A DNA stretch of 57,974 bases from Deltaproteobacteria bacterium. GTDB lineage: Bacteria > Desulfobacterota > GWC2-55-46 > UBA9637. Under the pieces are notes generated by a model, which saw only the letters and a list, made by a program, of their open reading frames with translations, was not told the DNA's origin and did not search any database. The position numbers and the translations under genes were made by a program. The stretch covers positions 1-57,974 of the forward strand of contig JACPZB010000085.1 in assembly GCA_016195725.1 (NCBI GenBank), given 5' to 3'. Shown here in pieces: positions 1 through 7,796 of this stretch (position 1 is the stretch's first letter; every line of letters begins with the position of its first letter).

Positions 1-1
1 A

Positions 2-505
2 AGCTGGAACGATGCACAGGAATACATAACCAAACTCAATCAAAAATCCCCCTCTAATTCCCCCTTTGGAAAAGGGGGGCAGGGGGGATTTCGCCTTCCC
101 ACAGAGGCAGAATGGGAATATGCAGCAAGGAGCGGGGGTAAGAATGAAAAATATTCAGGCGGCAATGCTCTTGACAGCGTTGCGTGGTATAATTCAAACT
201 CAGGCCAGAAGACGCATCCCGTAGGCACAAAAGCACCGAATGGACTTGGGATATATGACATGAGCGGGAATGTATGGGAATGGGTTCAGGACTGGTATGG
301 AGATAACTATTATAAAAACAGCCCAAAGGATAATCCTAAGGGTGCAAGTGGTGGACAATACCGGGTGCTTCGCGGCGGTTCGTGGGGCGGCGGACCGCAG
401 AACCTGCGGGCATCCGACCGGTTCTGGGGCGTGCCTGCGACACGGAACCACCGTCTACGGCTTCCGTCTGTCTCTTTCTTTTTCCCGCCAGTAGTTATTT
501 TCTGA
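2..505 (+). CDS. Formylglycine-generating-enzyme (SUMF1/FGE-sulfatase) domain protein. The 5' end is cut by the window edge and the last ~18 aa are probably frameshifted.
   Basis: The frame is open from nt 2. It reads ...FRLPTEAEWEYAARSG...HPVGTKAPNGLGIYDMSGNVWEWVQDWY...RVLRGGSWGG, which are hallmark FGE motifs. The canonical terminal YGFRLSL motif lies in the neighbouring frame (stop at 494). Confidence 0.8.
   Translation, partial: SWNDAQEYITKLNQKSPSNSPFGKGGQGGFRLPTEAEWEYAARSGGKNEKYSGGNALDSVAWYNSNSGQKTHPVGTKAPNGLGIYDMSGNVWEWVQDWYGDNYYKNSPKDNPKGASGGQYRVLRGGSWGGGPQNLRASDRFWGVPATRNHRLRLPSVSFFFPPVVIF
44..91. repeat. Nested C5/G5 palindromic mini-element, in-frame copy inside the FGE gene
   Basis: AAATCCCCCTCTAATTCCCCCTTTGGAAAAGGGGGGCAGGGGGGATTT. 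The outer arms AAATCCCCC/GGGGGATTT and the inner arms CCCCCTTT/AAAGGGGG are complementary. It is homologous to 23339-23383. Confidence 0.8.
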
Positions 506-535
506 GTTCTGAAATTCTATTTTCTGGGTTTTTTA

Positions 536-593
536 AAATCCCCCTTAAAAAAGGGGGACAAACACAACCCCCTAACCCCCTTTGATAAGGGAG
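536..593. repeat. Degenerate intergenic copy or copies of the C5/G5 palindromic element
   Basis: AAAATCCCCCTTAAAAAAGGGGGA followed by AACCCCCTAACCCCCTTTGATAAGGGAG. It uses the same words as the 44-91 and 23339-23383 copies. Confidence 0.6.
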
Positions 594-925
594 AATAAAT
601 TCTTATCGTTCCCACGCTCCAGCATGGGAACGTAGCCCCGGATGCTCCGGCGTCCGGTAAGCATAAACAGGCCGCTCCGATGGAGCTAAAAAACATTTTT
701 GCAATTTATTTCTACAGACAGTATGTTCCTACGAAGCAAAACGAAAAACAGCAATCAATCAAGGCTGAAGCCTTGAGTTACAGCAAAACACCGTAGCTCA
801 AGCGGGTTCAATTTTGCAAATTGAACCCGAATAGTTGGTAATCGAGGGGCGGCAGGGTCTTGCTTTTTGCTCTCTGACTCATGCCTGACTGTTCAATGCA
901 GTTTGCCGATAAAGTCTTTTGTTGC

Positions 926-1186
926 TTATACTTTATAAATTTCCTTCCTGTGTCCTACTTTATGGAGAGTAATTACCCGTTTAAGATAATCAACTTCATA
1001 TATAGCCCGCCAATCACCTATCCTTAATTTGTAAAATCCTGACAACATGCCTTTTAGGGGAATAAGGGGAATGTTATCTATGTTTTCTGACAACCATTCA
1101 ATTTTATCTGTAATTCTTTGTGCCGATGGCTTATCAATTTTGGATAAATCATTAATGGCTTTAGGCAGGATAATTACTTGATACAT
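926..1186 (-). CDS. RelE/ParE-family type II toxin
   Basis: 86 aa with ...FYKLRIGDWRAIYEVDYLKRVITLHKVGHRKEIY, a typical RelE/ParE C-terminus. Its start overlaps the stop of the upstream small gene. Confidence 0.8.
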   Translation of the reverse strand: MYQVIILPKAINDLSKIDKPSAQRITDKIEWLSENIDNIPLIPLKGMLSGFYKLRIGDWRAIYEVDYLKRVITLHKVGHRKEIYKV

Positions 1187-1401
1187 TATTTGAGTCCTAA
1201 TCTCTTTTTCACTTCTTTAAGAGGCAATCCTTCCCCTCTTTCTTTCTGCCGCCTTGACTCTTTTAAACTTTTTTCTGCTTCACCCCTTAATTCAAGCCCA
1301 TAATCAGGATCCATTACTTCATAAACAACATCTTTGATAAGAGTTTTTAACTCATCTGCTGTCATGTTCATTACTTTTATCTTTTTTGCAAGAGAATGCA
1401 T
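1186..1401 (-). CDS. Cognate type II antitoxin (small, charged C-terminus)
   Basis: 71 aa, overlapping the toxin start at 1186. AGGAGG lies 4 nt upstream of the ATG at 1401. The position and size fit a RelE-partner antitoxin. Confidence 0.65.
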   Translation of the reverse strand: MHSLAKKIKVMNMTADELKTLIKDVVYEVMDPDYGLELRGEAEKSLKESRRQKERGEGLPLKEVKKRLGLK

Positions 1402-1635
1402 GAAACCTCCTTTCTACTATTTGAAATACAAAAGCAGGAGACACAAAACCTTTCTTTTTACTATTTAACCACACTTTCATTTAACTTTCAATCTTCACTT
1501 TCAACATTCACTATCAGGGGTTGTTGAAAAGGCCGTATTGCACTCCAAAGTTGTCATCTTCCAGACGGGCAGAGGGTCTTGTTTTTTGCTGTTAGAAATT
1601 AAGGAAATTAAAGGGGGAGGGGAATGACAGAAAAA

Positions 1636-2628
1636 TTACCCTCCTATAAAACTCATTGTCCTGCTGCATTTCTTAAAGATATTCTCGCTGATGTGATGTT
1701 TTTCTGGCTTCTTCCTTACTGCATTGAATAAAAGGTCTTCAAGCTCCTTGTCAGTGCAGCCGTTTCGCAGCGCAGTTTTTATATCTATCTCATCATCAGA
1801 AAACAGGCATGTTCTGAGTTTTCCATCTGCGGTAAGCCTAAGTCTGTTGCACGAGCTGCAAAAATGATCTGATACCGGACTTATCAAACCTATCTCGCCA
1901 ATGCCATCTTTAAAGCTATATCTCTTTGCAGGGCCTGTCCTCTTTTCAGGGTTTCCAAGCGGCACAAGCTCCTGAAAGCTGTTTATTGTCTTCATAAGCT
2001 CCGATGCTGAAATATACTTGTCTCTTTGCCATGCCTCCTCTGCCTCAAACGGCATATACTCTATAAACCTTATATGAAAGGATTTTGTTTTTGTTAATAG
2101 CGCGAAATCTAAAATCTCATCATCATTAAATCCCCTTATTACAACGCAGTTTATCTTTACAGGGCTCAAACCTATTCGCTCTGCTTCTTCAATCCCTTCC
2201 AGTACCTGAGAGAGAAGATCTCCCCTTGTTATCTTATGAAACCTGTCGCATTTTAAAGAGTCAAGACTTACATTCACCCGTTTAAGGCCTCCCCTTTTTA
2301 AAGAGGATGCAAACTCTTTCAAAAGCACGCCGTTTGTTGTAAGGCTTAAGTCTTCAACCCCCTTTAATTTTGCCAATTCTTCTATAAATCCAACAATACC
2401 TTTACGGACAAGCGGCTCCCCGCCGGTAAGCCTTATCTTTGTTATTCCGTGCCTTACTGCAACATTTGCAATTCTCAAGAGTTCTTCATAACGTAAGATA
2501 TTGTCGGAATCTGTAAGAGGTATGCCGTCTGCCGGCATGCAATAGATGCACCTTAGGTTGCAGCGGTCTGTAACAGATATCCGCAGGTAGTCTATTGGGC
2601 GGTTGTATGAGTCAACGAGTTTTGACAT
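1636..2628 (-). CDS. moaA: GTP 3',8-cyclase MoaA (radical SAM, molybdenum cofactor biosynthesis)
   Basis: N-terminal CNLRCIYC radical-SAM cluster motif, the C-terminal CSSCNRLRLTADGKLRTCLF second cluster, and 330 aa. Confidence 0.92.
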   Translation of the reverse strand: MSKLVDSYNRPIDYLRISVTDRCNLRCIYCMPADGIPLTDSDNILRYEELLRIANVAVRHGITKIRLTGGEPLVRKGIVGFIEELAKLKGVEDLSLTTNGVLLKEFASSLKRGGLKRVNVSLDSLKCDRFHKITRGDLLSQVLEGIEEAERIGLSPVKINCVVIRGFNDDEILDFALLTKTKSFHIRFIEYMPFEAEEAWQRDKYISASELMKTINSFQELVPLGNPEKRTGPAKRYSFKDGIGEIGLISPVSDHFCSSCNRLRLTADGKLRTCLFSDDEIDIKTALRNGCTDKELEDLLFNAVRKKPEKHHISENIFKKCSRTMSFIGG

Positions 2629-5078
2629 TAGTCTCTCTCATTTTCAGGCGCAGAAGAATCAGCAGGCGGTTTTTCTTCTGCTGAGCCTTTATCCATTTCA
2701 AAAAATCTTTCAGGGGCGGCGGCTCCATCAGCAGCGGGTTGGTTTTGAACAACTGACGGTGCTGTGCCCTCTTTAAATACCTCAAAGATTGCCTTCTCTG
2801 TTGCTGGTGTTGCCGGCATACCTGTTAGTTTATCTATTTTAATAAATACAACACCATCGGGGGTTTGAAAATTTTTCATTGAAGTCCCTTCAACTGCCCT
2901 CTGCATGAATTTCAGCCATATCGGCAATGCTGCCCTGGCACCTGTTTCCATATAACCGAGAGACCTCTCGTCATCATAGCCTATCCATGCGCCCGCAATA
3001 AGATCAGGAGTGAAGCCTATAAACCATGCATCATTGAGATTGTTGGTAGTTCCTGTTTTGCCGGCAGCAGGCCTTCCAAGGGCTTTTGCCTTTTGCCCTG
3101 TGCCTTCCTGTATCACGCCTTGCAAAAGGTTAGTCATAAGATAGGCGGTTTGCGGACTTAAAACATCCCGCGAGGTTGGGAGGGTTTCTTCAATCCTATT
3201 TCCTGCCTTGTCCGTAATCTTTGTTATAAATATTGGTTCAGCCCTTTTCCCCATATTGGCGAAGGTGGAATAGGCGTTGGTCAGCTCCAGCAGCGAAAGG
3301 CTTGATGAGCCTAATGCTAAGGATAAATCATTGGGCAACGGAGACTGAATGCCGAGCTTTTTTGCATACTCAATTGCATAACCGGCCCCGATATCCTTTA
3401 ATATCTTTATTGTTACAACATTTCTCGAGTGGGTCAGCGCCTGCCTGAATGTCGTGGGACCGTAAAATTTTTCATCAAAGTTTCTCGGTTTCCACTCAGT
3501 CTCTGTTTCAACGCCTGTTACCGGAGCCTTTACGGTTTCTTCAAAGATAAGCGGCGAGTCAACAATTATGGATGCAGGTGTGTAGCCCTTGTCCAGGGCA
3601 GCAGCATAAATAATGGGCTTAAATGAGCTTCCCGGCTGACGCCTTGCCTGGACAGCTCTGTTAAACTGACTTTTGGTAAAGTCTGCCCCGCCTACCATTG
3701 CCCTTACATAGCCTGTCCCAGGCTCTAATGCAAGGAGACATGCCTGCGCAAGAGGCTCCTGTTCCAGCAGAACAGATATAGTTTCATCATTGTTTTCAGG
3801 AAGGTTTTTTACCTTCACCTTTATTGCATCGCCCTTTCTTATAGTCCTGGTGAGTTCTTGGTTCTTAGCGGCGTCAGGGTCTTGAGTCGGATTGTATAGT
3901 TTTGCCCATGCTGCATCCTCAAAGGTAAGTTTTGCATTATAATTTCCAAGGGCTAATGAAAAATATTGCTCTGGTGTATTTACTGCTGTTACCAGTCCTT
4001 CATATATCTTTCCTGCCTCAGGCCGTTTCCCATTTAATTCTGTATTTATTTCATTGAGAAACGCATCAATATCTTCCTTTTTTGTTAAAGTCTTCTCTGT
4101 CCCTCGGTAACCCAGCCTTCTGTCATGCTCCGTTAAACCAAGGGCCACTGCCTCGTTTGCAGCCTTCTGGAGTTCTACATTCAGCGTGGTATACACTTGA
4201 AGCCCGCCTCTATAAAGCAAGTCTTCGCCGTATTTTTCATCTATATATCTGCGGATATGCTCTGTAAAATACGGCCCTACCCATAAGCTCTTTATCTCTT
4301 TTGGCTTTAGTTTGATGGAATATCTGATTGCCTTTTCTTGTTCCTCTCTTGCAATGAAAGCTTCTTCCAGCATTCTTCTCAGCACATACTCCTGTCGGTT
4401 CTTTGCCTCGTCAGGATAATAGTAAGGAGAATATTTGCTTGGCGCTTTAGGCAGTCCTGCGAGAAGCGCTGCCTCGGCAAGATTTATGTTTTCTACATCC
4501 TTGCCAAAATATGTCTCTGCCGCTGCCTGGACGCCATAGGCGCCGTTTCCGAGATATATCTGGTTTAAATAAAGATAGAGGATATCGTCTTTTGAGAGGC
4601 TTTTTTCAATCCGATAAGCCAGCAAGGCCTCTTTAATCTTTCTTGAGATGCTTCTTTCCGGGGTAAGAAAAAACGACTTTGCCACCTGCTGAGTAATCGT
4701 GCTTCCGCCCTGGACTATCTTTCCTGCTGTAATATTTCTATACAATGCCCTCAATATGCTCCAATAATCTACGCCCTTGTGCTGGTAAAACATGGCGTCT
4801 TCAGCAGATAGAAATGCCTTAACAAGATGAGGCGGAATCTTGGAAAATGGGACTACAATTCTCCTCTCTGTATAAAATTCGCCAACTACCTGACCGTCAT
4901 GAGAATATACCTTTGTAATTATGTTGGGATTGTATTCATACAATGAATTCAACGAAGGGAGGCCGTGGGCAAAATAAAAATATATGCCAAGCGGCAGCGC
5001 TATTGCCGTAAGGATAAGCAAGACGATAATTACAAGAAGCCGTTTTAATCTGTTTTTGGATTTGCTCATTGTATTCAT
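2628..5078 (-). CDS. mrcA: Bifunctional penicillin-binding protein 1A (GT51 transglycosylase / transpeptidase)
   Basis: N-terminal TM anchor, the GT51 motif EDAMFYQHKGVD, the QQVAK motif, the transpeptidase SSFKP (SxxK) motif and KTGTT. 816 aa. Confidence 0.93.
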   Translation of the reverse strand: MNTMSKSKNRLKRLLVIIVLLILTAIALPLGIYFYFAHGLPSLNSLYEYNPNIITKVYSHDGQVVGEFYTERRIVVPFSKIPPHLVKAFLSAEDAMFYQHKGVDYWSILRALYRNITAGKIVQGGSTITQQVAKSFFLTPERSISRKIKEALLAYRIEKSLSKDDILYLYLNQIYLGNGAYGVQAAAETYFGKDVENINLAEAALLAGLPKAPSKYSPYYYPDEAKNRQEYVLRRMLEEAFIAREEQEKAIRYSIKLKPKEIKSLWVGPYFTEHIRRYIDEKYGEDLLYRGGLQVYTTLNVELQKAANEAVALGLTEHDRRLGYRGTEKTLTKKEDIDAFLNEINTELNGKRPEAGKIYEGLVTAVNTPEQYFSLALGNYNAKLTFEDAAWAKLYNPTQDPDAAKNQELTRTIRKGDAIKVKVKNLPENNDETISVLLEQEPLAQACLLALEPGTGYVRAMVGGADFTKSQFNRAVQARRQPGSSFKPIIYAAALDKGYTPASIIVDSPLIFEETVKAPVTGVETETEWKPRNFDEKFYGPTTFRQALTHSRNVVTIKILKDIGAGYAIEYAKKLGIQSPLPNDLSLALGSSSLSLLELTNAYSTFANMGKRAEPIFITKITDKAGNRIEETLPTSRDVLSPQTAYLMTNLLQGVIQEGTGQKAKALGRPAAGKTGTTNNLNDAWFIGFTPDLIAGAWIGYDDERSLGYMETGARAALPIWLKFMQRAVEGTSMKNFQTPDGVVFIKIDKLTGMPATPATEKAIFEVFKEGTAPSVVQNQPAADGAAAPERFFEMDKGSAEEKPPADSSAPENERD

Positions 5079-5170
5079 AGACGATTAATAATAACAAAAA
5101 AACTAAAACTAGGCAAGGATACAGACAACCCCAACGGATATTCTTAATATATTTTCTGTGTAATATTGTC

Positions 5171-5200
5171 TTGACAACATTACATCTTTAGCGGTATAAA
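5171..5200 (+). promoter_or_regulatory. Putative sigma70 promoter for the PilZ genes
   Basis: TTGACA (5171-5176), an 18-nt spacer ending in TAGCGG, then TATAAA (5195-5200). Confidence 0.45.
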
Positions 5201-5343
5201 AAAATATATATCCTAATATATGTGATTTAAAGTAATATGCGTCCTAATGTAGCGCTCTTTTCAGTTTTGTTGTATCGGGGGGGTTAAAGATATAAAGATA
5301 TTACAAATAAGGATAGAGAGATTCAACAAGGAGCAGTTTATTT

Positions 5344-5682
5344 ATGCCAGAAAAAAGGAATATCACAAGGCATCGTAAGAGGCTGCAGCTGAGATACGGT
5401 ACTGAGTCTGAGTCACCTGTGACGATGGCATTTACCGAGGACATCTCCGAAGATGGTCTTTTCATAAGAACAACCCGAATATATCCGCTGAATACCAATC
5501 TCAATATTGAACTATTCACCAAGGATGGCAATGGTGTCGTAAATATTCAAGGCGTGGTGAGGTGGGTAAAGGCAGTGCCATCAACCCTTATTCATGGGGC
5601 AAAAAAAGGGGGAATGGGGGTGAAAATAATAAGTATAACAGCAGGGGAAGGCATTTATAAAAAATTGTTGCAATCAAACTGA
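5344..5682 (+). CDS. PilZ-domain protein (c-di-GMP receptor family)
   Basis: RHRKR (RxxxR) followed by DISEDGLFIRT (DxSxxG). AAGGAG RBS upstream. Confidence 0.8.
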   Translation: MPEKRNITRHRKRLQLRYGTESESPVTMAFTEDISEDGLFIRTTRIYPLNTNLNIELFTKDGNGVVNIQGVVRWVKAVPSTLIHGAKKGGMGVKIISITAGEGIYKKLLQSN

Positions 5683-5687
5683 CAGAT

Positions 5688-6407
5688 ATGGCAGAAGACG
5701 ATATAAAAAAGCGCAAACAGGTCAGACTCTTAGTTAAAAAAGAGGTTGTGATAAATGATGCTGTTAAAGGCTATGCCCTGGATATAAGCGAAGGCGGCAT
5801 GTTCATATATACCCATATCCCGTTTCCAAAGGATAAGCTGCTTGATTTGAGTTTTAGACTTGCGGAAGGCGATATCCCTATGAATGTACAAGGCACAGTG
5901 CGGTTGGTGCAGGAAGGCGTGGGGGTTGGGGTGGTATTTAGCAATATCAGTCAGGTTAACGGGGAAAAAATAAAAAGATTTATAGAAGAGAATTTAGATG
6001 CCCATCCTCTTGGACTGGAGGCGGCGGCTCTGGATGCAAGAAAGAAAATTCTCATTGTAGATGATTCAGCTACTGCAAGAACCATCTATAAAAATAAACT
6101 GGCGCTTATGGGGTTTGTTATAAGAGAAGCCTCAGGCGGCACTGAGGCAATAAAGGCCTTGGGCAAAGAGAGGCTTGACCTTATCATACTGGATATGCAG
6201 ATGGAAGACATGGATGGCGTGAAGCTTCTGCAGCTTTTACGAACCAATGAAGAGTGGAAGCAGATAAAGGTTATTGTACTCTCTGGCAGGCTAACGCCGC
6301 AGGACGCTGAAAGGGTATCTGCATTTAGTGTATCAGACATTCTTCCGAAAATGACAACAACCCCTAATAAGCTTGCAGAAAGGGCGAAGCAGATACTGGA
6401 AGAGTAG
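5688..6407 (+). CDS. PilZ-like domain fused to a response-regulator receiver domain
   Basis: N-terminal ...KRKQVRL...LDISEGGMFIYT. C-terminal REC with ILIVDDS, DLIILDMQMEDMDG, VIVLSG and a conserved K. Confidence 0.8.
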   Translation: MAEDDIKKRKQVRLLVKKEVVINDAVKGYALDISEGGMFIYTHIPFPKDKLLDLSFRLAEGDIPMNVQGTVRLVQEGVGVGVVFSNISQVNGEKIKRFIEENLDAHPLGLEAAALDARKKILIVDDSATARTIYKNKLALMGFVIREASGGTEAIKALGKERLDLIILDMQMEDMDGVKLLQLLRTNEEWKQIKVIVLSGRLTPQDAERVSAFSVSDILPKMTTTPNKLAERAKQILEE

Positions 6408-6508
6408 ACACCCTATCCTTTTTTAGATGCGTTTGTAGACTAACCACACACACCTCGTCCTGAAGGGCGGACATTTTATGTGTGGGCAAAACCAAGAGAT
6501 TTTTCGGC

Positions 6509-6537
6509 TTGACAACCTCTATTTCTTATCTTAATAT
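6509..6537 (+). promoter_or_regulatory. Near-consensus sigma70 promoter for the 6590-8531 operon
   Basis: TTGACA (6509-6514), exactly 17 nt, then TAATAT (6532-6537). It is preceded by the hairpin CCACACAC...GTGTGTGG. Confidence 0.6.
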
Positions 6538-6589
6538 TTACACCATGGTAACATCTCATCAATAAGCCTCTTTCTTCTTTTACAGGAGT

Positions 6590-7360
6590 ATGAGAACCAT
6601 GCCTTCTGCAAAGAATAATAATTTAAAATTAAATAAAACTCTTGAGCACATTATGAAAGAGAGGTTTGTTCACAGCCTTTCTCACATCATCTATGATAAG
6701 GTTTCAATGCTCTATCACATTGATAAGGAGTCAGAAGAGTTGATGTCGCAGATAGCCTCAAAGGTCGTGGCAGGAATGTTTTGTTTAGAATATCTATCGC
6801 ATATCCATTCGCTGATAAAGGAAAAGGCCGGGCTCAAGGAGGATATTACAGCAGTAGATTTGTCAGACGAGGGTTTTATAGCCGATCTAAAGACAAGACT
6901 TTCCAATAAAGGGACTGCCGCGCCTTTCAAGAAAGCCGCCCGCCTTTTAAAGAAATTCTTGGATTCCATAGACATAAAGACCTTGGATGATTTGACAAAG
7001 GTGGCGCATACAGGCGATTATCTTTTATCTTCTTTGCAGGATATGAAGGATTCCGGTCATGACGAATATAACCTGTGGCTGTCTTCAATCCCGTATTATT
7101 ATGAGAAGGACCTGCGGCACCTCGGCCTTATGAAGACAAGGCTTGATTCATTTGCAGATGAGCATATTCCAGATAATTATACAGCGTCTTTTTGGAACGG
7201 ACAATTTCCTGTCGAATCTTTTCATCAGGAGAAGATATATTCCAATCACCGTATAAATCTTAACGCACATCTCCCCTCAGAGACAACCGAGAAAGGTTTT
7301 TTCCCATGCGTTAGGTCAAGAGGCAGAAATAAAGGGATATATTCAAAGGCAAGGAGTTAG
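6590..7360 (+). CDS. Hypothetical protein, predicted mostly helical, no recognisable domain. First gene of a three-gene operon.
   Basis: 256-aa ORF. The AGGAG at 6584-6588 favours the second ATG at 6599. Its stop lies 3 nt before the next start. Confidence 0.6.
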   Translation: MRTMPSAKNNNLKLNKTLEHIMKERFVHSLSHIIYDKVSMLYHIDKESEELMSQIASKVVAGMFCLEYLSHIHSLIKEKAGLKEDITAVDLSDEGFIADLKTRLSNKGTAAPFKKAARLLKKFLDSIDIKTLDDLTKVAHTGDYLLSSLQDMKDSGHDEYNLWLSSIPYYYEKDLRHLGLMKTRLDSFADEHIPDNYTASFWNGQFPVESFHQEKIYSNHRINLNAHLPSETTEKGFFPCVRSRGRNKGIYSKARS

Positions 7361-7363
7361 GTC

Positions 7364-7792
7364 TTGCACATCAAAGAGAAACTCAAGGGTATTGATTTCC
7401 TCTTTAAAAAGGTATGTGCAAACAGGAACTCTATATTTCCTGCAAAGATAAAGGCGGGCAATATAGAGATGAAGCGGGAAATAAAACATTCCTTTGATAT
7501 TCCCTCTGGAACTCATAGTAATAAGTTCAGTATAGTTGTCAGAGATAAAGTTTCATTTCACCCAGGAACAGGACCGTTTGATATAGAGATAGTGGTAGTC
7601 GGTTTTTCCTTTCTTAAAGAAAAGATCAAGACATCCAAGCTTAATGCCCTGCTCAAGGATAGCGACAATATAAACTTCCTTATAAATCAATGCCTGCCTC
7701 ATACCTCAGCTGCTGTAGCCTATCTTACAGACAAAATGGGTTTTAGCCCTATTATCCTTGCTCCCAAATTTCCCTTCTCAAGGGAGGAGTAA
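7364..7792 (+). CDS. Hypothetical protein with a tentative SecB-like chaperone fold
   Basis: TTG start 7 nt after AAGGAG. The C-terminal pattern FDIEIVVVGFSFLK...INFLINQCLPHTSAAVAYLTDKMGFSPIILAPKFPF resembles the SecB core (GiF...cPaiLfPYaRe...gfPpl.L.PiNF). This is motif-level similarity only. Confidence 0.45.
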   Translation: MHIKEKLKGIDFLFKKVCANRNSIFPAKIKAGNIEMKREIKHSFDIPSGTHSNKFSIVVRDKVSFHPGTGPFDIEIVVVGFSFLKEKIKTSKLNALLKDSDNINFLINQCLPHTSAAVAYLTDKMGFSPIILAPKFPFSREE

Positions 7793-7796
7793 AACC

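Noticed and set aside
600-700. Possible small gene or tRNA in the GC-rich stretch GTTCCCACGCTCCAGCATGGGAAC...
   Set aside because: It forms a simple hairpin (GTTCCCA/TGGGAAC) with no cloverleaf and no ORF. It resembles a known class of intergenic repeat, and only one copy occurs in this window, so nothing further can be supported.
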